DNA of 64,000 nt from Flavobacteriales bacterium (GTDB lineage: Bacteria > Bacteroidota > Bacteroidia > Flavobacteriales > UBA7430), in contig JAQWKY010000044.1 in assembly GCA_029247585.1 (NCBI GenBank), forward strand, positions 5,010 through 69,009, written 5' to 3'. The number at the start of each line of letters is the position of its first letter. Position 1 is the stretch's first letter. This document shows positions 48,298 through 56,648 of the stretch, in pieces. The translations under genes and the position numbers were made by a program. The notes under the pieces were generated by a model that was not told the origin of the DNA, did no database searches, and saw only the letters and a program-made list of their open reading frames with translations.

Positions 48298-51111
48298 ATG
48301 AAAATAAATACCCCCATATTCGTTTTCACCTTATGGTTTCATTTGACAGTTTTTAGCCAAACTGACCCGATAATTGATACTTTGTTCATGAATTCTTTCG
48401 AAGTATTCAATCAACAAAGACTTTCAAACGGGATGTATAGAGATGCTAAACTCTTTTCAGGCGCAGACTATCATCCCATATCTATCTCCAACACTGGTAT
48501 GGGATTAATTAGTTTATGTATTGCTGATTCTATGGGGTGGATTGATAATGCACCCGAATTAGTAATTAACACCCTTGAAACAGTAAATGGGCATACCACA
48601 GGGTTTACTCCTGACAGGACTTCAAATGGTTTTTTTAGACATTTTCTAAATACCAGTTCGGGGTTGCAAGAATGGAATTCCGAATACAGTACTATTGATA
48701 CGGGCATTTTAATAGCTGGTGCCTTATTCTGTAAAAATTATTTCCAAAACGATGCTATTTCTAATTTAGTCAATGAATTGTGGAATTCTATTGATTTTCA
48801 GGCTGCAATTGCAAATTCATCAACAGGCAAAATTTATCTGAGTATGAATTCGAATGGCACCGGCATAAGCAACTCCATAACCTCTCCCTATAGTGAATAT
48901 ATGATTGTTGCCTGGTTGGCAAAAAACTCATCTAATGATTCAAATAGTCCTGGAAACCTTCTTTGGAAGAACTACTATAAATCTACTTCAACATTACCTA
49001 TCAAAACCTATAAAAATCATTCATTATTATCAGATAGTTATTCATCATATTTACCCTCATTTACACATCAGTTTAATTACTACCTATGTCATTACTTTTC
49101 AACAAACACTGAGTACAAGAATTACTTTAAGAATGCTCAACTTGCTGATAAAGCATGGTGGTCTGATGTCACCGAAAACTCCTACGAATGGGGCCTTGGC
49201 GCAGGAAACTCAGTTACAGCAACATACAACTATCATGCAGATGCCATAAACAACAACCCCGACACCATCGTATCTCCTCACATTATCGCAGGATATATCC
49301 CAATCAATCCAGAAAGCAAAAATGACCTGATAAATATTTGGAATAATAATAAGGGGAAATACGTTCTTCCAACCAACCCACAAAAATCTATTTTGTGGAG
49401 GTACAGTAAGTCTTATGAGAATTGGAAACCCAATGGCGTTATTGGTATCGATTACTCTTCAATGCTTTTTGGCATAGCTTCGTTAGATGAATACTTAGGA
49501 AAAGATTTTTTCTCTGACAATAACAATTTTTTTTCAAGTGAGAACCCCAACACAAGTGACAACCCTGGTTCATTAGACGAACCCTGTCAGCAAATCCATT
49601 TACCCGGCGGTTGGTTTACGTACTCTTCTTACGTTCAAGCTGAGAACAGGGATGCTGAAATTGTGATGAATTCCATCGATGATCAGTTACTTATCCTAAA
49701 AGACAATATGGGTAATGCGTACTTAACAGAATGGGGGTTTAATGGTATCGGTGAACTTGATTTCCGACAGGGGTATCAAATTAAAACCAACGCACCGGAT
49801 ATCCTTGAAATATGTGGCTTACAAATGCATCCCGAAGAACATGAGATTCTCATTGAGGCGGGATGGAATTCTATTTCTTACCTAAAAGATGTACCCACTT
49901 CGGTCGAAGAAGTAATGCAGGACTTAACGGACAATGAAAATTTAATTATTCTTAAAGATTACGAAGGAATGGCCTATTTCCCCGACCTAAATTTTAACGG
50001 TATTGGCAATATGCAACCGGGACAAGGATACAAACTAAAAAGCAATACAACCGGCACAATAAATTACCCTGCAGATGATCAAGCAAACAGACCTCTAACC
50101 TACGAGCCTGTGATCGCATTAAAAGACATGGCGCCTTTTCCAATTGGAATGTCTGTTCAAGCCAAAAATATCATCACAAAAAACAAATACAGCAGAGCCT
50201 TAACAAAGGATTTCAATAGCTTAAGCGCAGAATACGAAATGAAAATGGACCCCATTTACAAGGGGCCTAATCAATATGATTTTAGTGGTGGAGATGCGAT
50301 TGTAAGCTTTGCCAAAGAAAATGGTTTTCGCGTTTTTGGTCACGCATTAGTCTGGCATGCAGCAATTCCGAATTGGTTAAACAATTTTGATGGTACCGAC
50401 CAGGAATTTGAAAATTTAATTGAGACATACATTAAAGCAACCGTTACTCATTTCGCTCAGGAAAAAACCATCATTAATGGCGAGGAAGTTTCTGTCGTAG
50501 CAGGTTGGGATGTTGTTAATGAAGCTTTCACAAATCAAGCAGAAAATGCCGTTTTCAGACAACGAATGGGTGAAGATTATGTCGCTAAATGTTTCACATG
50601 GGCACGTGAAGCAGACCCAAATGTTAAATTGTTTTACAACGATTACAACCTCGAATTTGACTTCAACAAAGTCAATCAGGTAACCAACATGATCGATGAC
50701 TTTAGAGCTAATGGGATTCCCATTGATGGCGTCGGACTTCAAACTCACATTAATATCTCATATCCTCCAATAGCCACCTTCCAAAATTGTTTGGACTTAC
50801 TATTGGAAAAAGATGTTTTGATCCATTTTTCCGAAATCGATATGACGGTAAACCGTGGAGAAGACATCACAGAATTGACTTACGAAAGAGCACTGGAACA
50901 AGAGAAAAGATACAAAGAAATCGTCGACCTTTACTTTTCAGTACCGGCAGATAAGCGCTTTGGGATAACTGTATGGGGATTACGAGATACGGAAAGTTGG
51001 CTTCTTGACTTTTATAACAATCCTAATGAATACCCTCTCCTCTTTGACGAGAACTTCAATCACAAAATTGCCCACAGAGGTTTTATTGAAGGCCTACATC
51101 AGGAGGACTAG
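48298..51111 (+). CDS. Multidomain secreted glycoside hydrolase: unassigned N-terminal domain, two tandem ~85-aa repeats and a C-terminal GH10 xylanase domain
   Basis: 937 aa. Signal peptide. The GH10 catalytic pair sits in WDVVNEAF (acid/base) and HFSEIDM (nucleophile), with GHALVWH and NDYN. The N-terminal ~400 aa may be glucoamylase/alpha-toroid-like (tentative). Confidence 0.75.
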   Translation: MKINTPIFVFTLWFHLTVFSQTDPIIDTLFMNSFEVFNQQRLSNGMYRDAKLFSGADYHPISISNTGMGLISLCIADSMGWIDNAPELVINTLETVNGHTTGFTPDRTSNGFFRHFLNTSSGLQEWNSEYSTIDTGILIAGALFCKNYFQNDAISNLVNELWNSIDFQAAIANSSTGKIYLSMNSNGTGISNSITSPYSEYMIVAWLAKNSSNDSNSPGNLLWKNYYKSTSTLPIKTYKNHSLLSDSYSSYLPSFTHQFNYYLCHYFSTNTEYKNYFKNAQLADKAWWSDVTENSYEWGLGAGNSVTATYNYHADAINNNPDTIVSPHIIAGYIPINPESKNDLINIWNNNKGKYVLPTNPQKSILWRYSKSYENWKPNGVIGIDYSSMLFGIASLDEYLGKDFFSDNNNFFSSENPNTSDNPGSLDEPCQQIHLPGGWFTYSSYVQAENRDAEIVMNSIDDQLLILKDNMGNAYLTEWGFNGIGELDFRQGYQIKTNAPDILEICGLQMHPEEHEILIEAGWNSISYLKDVPTSVEEVMQDLTDNENLIILKDYEGMAYFPDLNFNGIGNMQPGQGYKLKSNTTGTINYPADDQANRPLTYEPVIALKDMAPFPIGMSVQAKNIITKNKYSRALTKDFNSLSAEYEMKMDPIYKGPNQYDFSGGDAIVSFAKENGFRVFGHALVWHAAIPNWLNNFDGTDQEFENLIETYIKATVTHFAQEKTIINGEEVSVVAGWDVVNEAFTNQAENAVFRQRMGEDYVAKCFTWAREADPNVKLFYNDYNLEFDFNKVNQVTNMIDDFRANGIPIDGVGLQTHINISYPPIATFQNCLDLLLEKDVLIHFSEIDMTVNRGEDITELTYERALEQEKRYKEIVDLYFSVPADKRFGITVWGLRDTESWLLDFYNNPNEYPLLFDENFNHKIAHRGFIEGLHQED

Positions 51112-51113
51112 TT

Positions 51114-52178
51114 TTACTCTCCCTCTTTCTGCAAACGTTGCTCGGTGTAATTTCTCCAACGATCTAATACATCCGAAAAATCCTTCGGTAATTCCGAATC
51201 AAACTGCACCCATTGTTCATCTTTTGGATGGTGAAAGCCTAATGATTTGGCATGTAAGGCATGACGTGGCATCACCTTAAAACAATTCTGAACAAACTGC
51301 TTGTATTTTGAGAAGGTAGTCCCTCTCAGAACGCGATCGCCCCCATACACCTCATCATTGAATAAGGGATGACCAATGTGTTTAAAATGGGCTCTAATTT
51401 GGTGTGTACGGCCTGTTTCCAGCCTGCATTCAACCAAAGTAACATAACCAAAACGCTCTAAAACCGTGTAATGCGTAACGGCATGACGACCGTACTCTTC
51501 CCCTTCAGGAAAAACGTCCATGACCTTTCTATTTCTTAAGCTTCTACCAATATTCCCTGTAATGGTACCTTCATCTTCTTCGAAATCACCCCAAACCAAA
51601 GCCCGGTAACGTCGAGAAGTAATGCGATCAAAAAATTGCTTTTGTATATAAACCAAAGCAGGTTCGGTTTTTGCAACGACCAAGATACCTGATGTGTTTT
51701 TATCAATACGATGAACTAGACCTGGGCGCGTATCATCATCACTCTGGGCTAACTTGTCAATATGAAATTTTAAAGCATTTAAAAGTGTTCCCGTGTAATG
51801 ACCATAACTGGGATGAACCACCATACCGGGCTCCTTATTTACGATAACTAAATCATCGTCTTCATGAACAATGGTTACGGGAATATCTTGTGGCACTAAT
51901 GTCTTATCGCGCTTCGGGAAATCCTGAGTGACAAGAACAACATCCTTAGGCTTAATTTTATAACTGGACTTCACAGCCACATCATTAACAAGTATAAAAT
52001 TCTGTTCAGCCAATTTCTGAACTTTATTACGGGTCATATTAGCGATTTGATTTGCCAAAAACTTATCAATTCGCATCATAACCTGATTGTCATCAACAAT
52101 GAGCTTATGGTGCTCATAAGTTGTTTCTCCATCCATCTCAACTGGCGTATTTAATTCCTCTTCTTCCACTTCCTTCAT
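51114..52178 (-). CDS. rluD: 23S rRNA pseudouridine synthase, RluD type
   Basis: 354 aa. S4-like N-terminus and the RluA-family HRIDKNTSG motif. Confidence 0.85.
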   Translation of the reverse strand: MKEVEEEELNTPVEMDGETTYEHHKLIVDDNQVMMRIDKFLANQIANMTRNKVQKLAEQNFILVNDVAVKSSYKIKPKDVVLVTQDFPKRDKTLVPQDIPVTIVHEDDDLVIVNKEPGMVVHPSYGHYTGTLLNALKFHIDKLAQSDDDTRPGLVHRIDKNTSGILVVAKTEPALVYIQKQFFDRITSRRYRALVWGDFEEDEGTITGNIGRSLRNRKVMDVFPEGEEYGRHAVTHYTVLERFGYVTLVECRLETGRTHQIRAHFKHIGHPLFNDEVYGGDRVLRGTTFSKYKQFVQNCFKVMPRHALHAKSLGFHHPKDEQWVQFDSELPKDFSDVLDRWRNYTEQRLQKEGE

Positions 52179-52179
52179 C

Positions 52180-52995
52180 TTAATCGTTTAAAATACTATC
52201 CAATCTCGCTTTTAAACTATCTTGTCTCATCAACTCTAATGTATCTATAATTAAATGAGAACTATCTTCTGTAAACCATAAATTTACGAATGCACCTAAA
52301 TCTAATCCTCTCGTTTCCGGTTCGGGCTCTTGTTTAAACACAAATGCATTAGGGGTATCTACAACAGAAATGTCGTAGTAAAACTCACCTTTATTCAGAG
52401 ATAAATTCTGCAACCTCACATTCATATTTTTTTTCAAATCACCAATGAAATTTGGCATTTCTATTTGTCTACCCTGACCGTTTCCAAGAACCAAATCAAG
52501 CTTTGTTGACTTCTCTAATTTCTGATCAATTTCGACAATTGAATCTTGATAAAGAACACCTAAAACAACGTTCGCATGTTCATCATCCTCGTAAACAAAG
52601 GTCCCTATTCGGAATCCTTTGGCTTTCAAAACAGACATGTACTGACGTAGGGAACGATCTGTGTAATCAGGCAAAGCAATCAAACTGACGTTTTTGGGAT
52701 TTACCGTTAAATACAATTCTCTGTCTTGTTTCACTCTAGATCCAGCTTTTGGTAATTGATCAATTACAGAACCTCTAGGATAATCAGCATTATAAGCCCC
52801 TGAATCTACGACTGAGAAACGCAGTTGAAGGCTTGAAAGTGTATCTTCAACTTCATAAATGGAAAAACTTCGAATATCAGGAACAAGAATAGACTCGCCA
52901 TGCATCGTCATTTTCTCTAAAGCACGGAGGGATCCATACACTAGTGCCATCATAACAAAAACACCTAAACACAGGTGGACGATAATTCGTTTCAT
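52180..52995 (-). CDS. PASTA-domain protein with an N-terminal membrane anchor
   Basis: 271 aa. One TM segment followed by repeated ~65-aa PASTA-like units. Confidence 0.65.
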   Translation of the reverse strand: MKRIIVHLCLGVFVMMALVYGSLRALEKMTMHGESILVPDIRSFSIYEVEDTLSSLQLRFSVVDSGAYNADYPRGSVIDQLPKAGSRVKQDRELYLTVNPKNVSLIALPDYTDRSLRQYMSVLKAKGFRIGTFVYEDDEHANVVLGVLYQDSIVEIDQKLEKSTKLDLVLGNGQGRQIEMPNFIGDLKKNMNVRLQNLSLNKGEFYYDISVVDTPNAFVFKQEPEPETRGLDLGAFVNLWFTEDSSHLIIDTLELMRQDSLKARLDSILND

Positions 52996-53016
52996 AATAT
53001 GATTTTATATCGGTAA

Positions 53017-53072
53017 AGATAGGAAACAGTTGGCAGTTGGCAGTTGACAGTTGGTAATTTTCAATTGACAGT
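53017..53072. repeat. Heptanucleotide tandem array, 8 units, consensus [AGT]CA[GA]TTG
   Basis: ACAGTTG GCAGTTG GCAGTTG ACAGTTG GTAATTT TCAATTG ACAGTTA TCAATTG, in strict 7-nt phase, within the divergent PASTA/ridA spacer. Confidence 0.85.
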
Positions 53073-53140
53073 TATCAATTGTCGGTAAGACGGACTTTCA
53101 TATCTTCGCAATTCAATAAAAACAAATCTAAACAATAAAT

Positions 53141-53518
53141 ATGAAGACTATTGTAGAAACTTCTCAGGCTCCTGCACCCATAGGACCGTATTCTCAAGCT
53201 GTACTTTCAGGAAATACATTGTACACCTCAGGTCAAATTGCTATTAACCCGGAAACCGGGGACTTAGTAATGAGTTCCATAGAAGAAGAAACCCATCAGG
53301 TGATGAATAATGTAAAGGCTGTATTAGCTGAGGCAGGAATGACCTTCGACCACGTAATTAAATCGTCCATTTTCATTTCTGATATGGATAATTTTGGTCG
53401 AATCAATGAAGTCTATGGTCAATATTTTACGGCTGATTTTCCTGCCAGAGAAACCGTTGAAGTAGCTCGATTACCAAAAGATGTAAATGTGGAAATTTCA
53501 ATGATCGCAGTGAAGTAG
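53141..53518 (+). CDS. ridA: RidA (YjgF/TdcF) family reactive-intermediate deaminase
   Basis: 125 aa. ..APIGPYSQAV..GNTLYTSGQI.. and ..PARETVEVARLPKDV.VEI. Confidence 0.85.
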   Translation: MKTIVETSQAPAPIGPYSQAVLSGNTLYTSGQIAINPETGDLVMSSIEEETHQVMNNVKAVLAEAGMTFDHVIKSSIFISDMDNFGRINEVYGQYFTADFPARETVEVARLPKDVNVEISMIAVK

Positions 53519-53552
53519 TTAAAAATTAAAGACTGAAAGTTAAAGATTAAAA
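53518..53552. repeat. Heptanucleotide tandem array, 5 units (GTTAAAA/ATTAAAG family)
   Basis: GTTAAAA ATTAAAG ACTGAAA GTTAAAG ATTAAAA, starting at the last base of the ridA stop codon. Confidence 0.75.
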
Positions 53553-53605
53553 TTTCTCTTGATCTTCCGTACCAAAAAGCTTTCAACTCTCAGATTAAAC
53601 GAAGA

Positions 53606-53632
53606 TAAAAAGCGCTCCCTCCGGGAGCGTTT
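53606..53632 (-). terminator. Rho-independent terminator downstream of the M61 peptidase gene
   Basis: Minus strand: ACGCTCCC-GGA-GGGAGCGC followed by T5. A second perfect 10-bp inverted repeat (CCTTCCTAAA..TTTAGGAAGG, 53635-53669) lies next to it. Confidence 0.6.
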
Positions 53633-53711
53633 CCCCTTCCTAAAGGTTTTAACCCAAGGTTTAGGAAGGTGTTCGTTGGAGTAAAACCCGAGGTTAAGAA
53701 AGGGTTTATGA

Positions 53712-55421
53712 TCAACCCAACCATTTCTCAAACAACACTTTCTGCCGATCGGATGTTTTTTTCATAGGTACAACCTTGTATTTTGGATAATACCTTATTG
53801 CACTTAAGGGCACTTCAACATCAATCGTTTCAAAACGTCTTTTCAATTTTAACTTTACACGATCTTTTGTCATGAAAGACTCTAAAAGTTCTTTCGTTAT
53901 TTGCTGTTCATCTATCGCAATAATAACATCGCCCTCGGCAATTTTAACCTTGTCAGCAACAGCATCTGACCGCACTTGTTTTACATGGAATTCACTCTGC
54001 TGACGCAGTGCCTTTAAGCCCAGTCGCGAAGCAAAAAAGTCTCTATTTTCCTGTTCTTCGATCTGTAAACCAACAATGGATAAAACTACGTCCAAAGAAG
54101 CCCGGAAATCTTTTGTTCCGTAAATATGATCCTCTACTACATGGAGAGCCTTGACCCCTCCATAGGCCATAAGCTCATGGATGTAATCTTCTTCTGTTAA
54201 GCCTTTTCCTTTGCAGGCGTATTCTTTGTAAAGACGGGTCATCACATCTCGAAGTGAATATTGACCGGTACTTTTATTAAGTATGCAAATATCGAGCATC
54301 AGCGCACACAAAGCGCCCTCGGTGTAAATGGAAACTTTACGATTCGGAATTCCCATCTCATAACCATCCAACCAGGTATCAAATCCGGAATCGGCAACAG
54401 ACATGTTGTGACGTCCTCCATTGTGGAAATGTTTTAAAAGATTTTCTTCCTGCGTGCTAAAAAACGCCTCATTAGAAAAAACATTCGAGCGTTTCAAATA
54501 CAGATCACCCATGTATGTCGTAACACCCTCATACAAATAACCCATACGCGAATAATTCTCTTTGGAATAATCGTAAGGCAAAAGGGTTTTCGGACGAATT
54601 TGTTTTACATTCCACGTATGATACAGTTCATGTGAAGAAACTCCTAACAGAGATCTGTAAAGTTTCTCTCCCATCAATTCTTCTCCAGGTCCCAAAGAAA
54701 TAACCGTACTTGCCGTATGCTCCACTCCGTGATAGGTTTTGTAAGGCAAGATCTGATTGATAAAATGATATTCCGAAACCGGAAAAGCTGTAAAGTCTTT
54801 GATCTGCTCGATTGTAAATGCCTTGAAATCTTTTAAGATCCGATCCCAATCGGGTTGACATTCTCCTTGAAACCATACGTGAAATTCTATGCCTTCAACT
54901 TCGTAGCTTTTATGTTGAAGTGAATTGGAAGCGATCCAGGGACTTTCGGCAAGCTCATCAAAATTATTAGCTTTTAGCTGATGTCCGTTTTGCTCCAGTG
55001 AACAGGCAATTTTGTAATTGCCCGGAATATCCAGATCAACCACACAAGACTCTTCCATTCGGTTTGGAACATACAAACAACAATTCACCGGATTTACATA
55101 CAACTGACACTCATCCAAATAAGTAGACCCTGCATTAAGTTCATTCGCATAATAGTTGTACGCAATAATGATCTCTGAAATGTTTGGTGTTGAAACCTTC
55201 CAGGTATCTTTGGTGATTTTCTCAAACTTCAATGGATTCCCGTCAGCATCAGAAACTTTGAAATATTGAATGTTCTTGGCAAAGTTTTCAAGCTCATATC
55301 TCCCGGGTCTCCAGGCTGGTAATTGTAAGATAAGTTCAGCTGAATCATGCTCACATATTCGCATTTCTAGGTCAATAAAATGACGATGCGGATGGGTGTA
55401 TGAGAATTTGTATTGGAACAT
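53712..55421 (-). CDS. M61-family (glycyl aminopeptidase-like) metallopeptidase with a C-terminal PDZ domain
   Basis: 569 aa. HELYHTWN zinc motif. PDZ-like ..IAEGDVIIAIDEQ.. near the C-terminus. Confidence 0.8.
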   Translation of the reverse strand: MFQYKFSYTHPHRHFIDLEMRICEHDSAELILQLPAWRPGRYELENFAKNIQYFKVSDADGNPLKFEKITKDTWKVSTPNISEIIIAYNYYANELNAGSTYLDECQLYVNPVNCCLYVPNRMEESCVVDLDIPGNYKIACSLEQNGHQLKANNFDELAESPWIASNSLQHKSYEVEGIEFHVWFQGECQPDWDRILKDFKAFTIEQIKDFTAFPVSEYHFINQILPYKTYHGVEHTASTVISLGPGEELMGEKLYRSLLGVSSHELYHTWNVKQIRPKTLLPYDYSKENYSRMGYLYEGVTTYMGDLYLKRSNVFSNEAFFSTQEENLLKHFHNGGRHNMSVADSGFDTWLDGYEMGIPNRKVSIYTEGALCALMLDICILNKSTGQYSLRDVMTRLYKEYACKGKGLTEEDYIHELMAYGGVKALHVVEDHIYGTKDFRASLDVVLSIVGLQIEEQENRDFFASRLGLKALRQQSEFHVKQVRSDAVADKVKIAEGDVIIAIDEQQITKELLESFMTKDRVKLKLKRRFETIDVEVPLSAIRYYPKYKVVPMKKTSDRQKVLFEKWLG

Positions 55422-55423
55422 TA

Positions 55424-55451
55424 ATTAAAAGTTGAAAGTTAAAAATTAAAA
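55424..55451. repeat. Heptanucleotide tandem array, 4 units (ATTAAAA/GTTGAAA family)
   Basis: ATTAAAA GTTGAAA GTTAAAA ATTAAAA, 2 nt upstream of the M61 start codon. Confidence 0.75.
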
Positions 55452-55460
55452 GTTTGGTTT

Positions 55461-55525
55461 TCAGCAATCAGCTCTCAGCTCTCAGAAAAAAACTGAGAAC
55501 TGCAAACTGAGAACTGCAAACTGTT
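55461..55525. repeat. Two adjacent heptamer arrays: TCAGCTC-type x4 and AACTG[AC][GA] x5
   Basis: TCAGCAA TCAGCTC TCAGCTC TCAGAAA, then AACTGAG AACTGCA AACTGAG AACTGCA AACTGTT. TCTCAG-A7-CTGAGA at the junction can pair. The array ends inside the MBL gene's stop codon. Confidence 0.8.
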
Positions 55526-56366
55526 AAACGAATCTTTCCTCAAACTGAAAAGTTTCATCCAAACGAACTCCTTTTTCAGTGTGCTTTACGGTACAACAGG
55601 ATTGATAATAATCATGTTCTAAAAACAAGGTGTGTCCTTTTTCCGCAGCCGTTTCAAGGAATATCTTTTTCTCTTGTAAGGTCACAAGCGGACGGGTATC
55701 ATAGCCCATCACATAAGGCAAAGGAATATGTCCTGCCGATGGCAACAAATCGGCTGCAAAAACAACCGTTTTCCCCTGATATTCAATATGAGGGATCATT
55801 TGAGACTCCGTATGTCCATCGGCAAAAAGCACATCAAATCCCGGCAAGAATATTCCGTCCGTTTTAATAAAATCCAATTGACCACATGCTTTCATAGGCT
55901 CTAAATTCTCTTTTAAAAACGATGCCTTTTCTCTGTCATTAGGATTCATCGCAGCGTTCCAATGTGCCTCATTAGACCAATAGGTCGCATTTTTAAAGAC
56001 AGGAACAAGATCCCCTTTTTCATCATATTTAACACCTCCACCACAGTGGTCGAAATGTAAATGCGTTAAAAAAACATCCGTAATATCATCCGGATGATAA
56101 CCATTTTTGGCTAAAGATGTGATAAGTGTATCGTCTCCATGCAAGTAATAATGACTAAAAAACTTTTCGCTTTGTTTATCTCCCAAGCCATTATCGATTA
56201 AGACTTTTCTGTCACCATAATCGACCAACATACTTAGCATAGCCCACGGACAAAGATTGTTCTCATCTGCTGGATTCGTTCTTTGCCATAAACTTTTAGG
56301 TACTACGCCAAACATAGCTCCCCCATCCAATTTAAAATTCCCCGTTTCTATGGATATTATTTTCAT
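55524..56366 (-). CDS. MBL-fold metallo-hydrolase
   Basis: 280 aa. THLHFDHCGG motif. Confidence 0.8.
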   Translation of the reverse strand: MKIISIETGNFKLDGGAMFGVVPKSLWQRTNPADENNLCPWAMLSMLVDYGDRKVLIDNGLGDKQSEKFFSHYYLHGDDTLITSLAKNGYHPDDITDVFLTHLHFDHCGGGVKYDEKGDLVPVFKNATYWSNEAHWNAAMNPNDREKASFLKENLEPMKACGQLDFIKTDGIFLPGFDVLFADGHTESQMIPHIEYQGKTVVFAADLLPSAGHIPLPYVMGYDTRPLVTLQEKKIFLETAAEKGHTLFLEHDYYQSCCTVKHTEKGVRLDETFQFEERFV

Positions 56367-56390
56367 GATTGTCTTATTTGTCTTGAAAAA

Positions 56391-56432
56391 ATTGAAAGTT
56401 CAAGATTGAAAGTTAAAGATTAAAAGTTAGAA
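56391..56432. repeat. Heptanucleotide tandem array, 6 units (ATTGAAA/GTTAAAG family)
   Basis: ATTGAAA GTTCAAG ATTGAAA GTTAAAG ATTAAAA GTTAGAA. Confidence 0.75.
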
Positions 56433-56442
56433 TACATACGAA

Positions 56443-56512
56443 TGGATAATGGATAATGGACAATGGATAATGGATAATGGACAATGGATAATGGACAATG
56501 GATAATGGACAA
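56443..56512. repeat. Heptanucleotide tandem array, 10 units of TGGA[TC]AA
   Basis: Ten perfect-phase units alternating TGGATAA and TGGACAA. They translate as the artefactual PLSIVHY repeat of ORF 56420-56800. Confidence 0.9.
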
Positions 56513-56573
56513 TTGATGCTTGTCGAAGCATGTCACTCTGAGCCTACCCCCAAAAACACTCTTACAAACAATA

Positions 56574-56608
56574 CCTTGCACCTTGTACTTTGTACTTTGT
56601 ACTTCATA
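56574..56608. repeat. Heptanucleotide tandem array, 5 units of C[CT]TTGTA
   Basis: CCTTGCA CCTTGTA CTTTGTA CTTTGTA CTTCATA, ~40 nt upstream of the transporter start. Confidence 0.75.
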
Positions 56609-56648
56609 CGAATTCACTATCTTCGAACTTTTGCAATAATTTAGATTT

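Noticed and set aside
48161-51111. Genomic island integrated at the tmRNA 3' end.
   Set aside because: I found no integrase or recombinase and no direct repeat of the ssrA 3' end. Only one cargo gene lies before the housekeeping rluD gene. This is kept as a low-level remark in the GH10 finding only.
53540-53731. 63-aa Arg/Lys-rich minus-strand ORF between ridA and the M61 peptidase gene.
   Set aside because: It overlaps the M61 peptidase 3' end and is built from a heptamer array, a terminator hairpin and a 10-bp inverted repeat. The composition looks like translated structured non-coding DNA.
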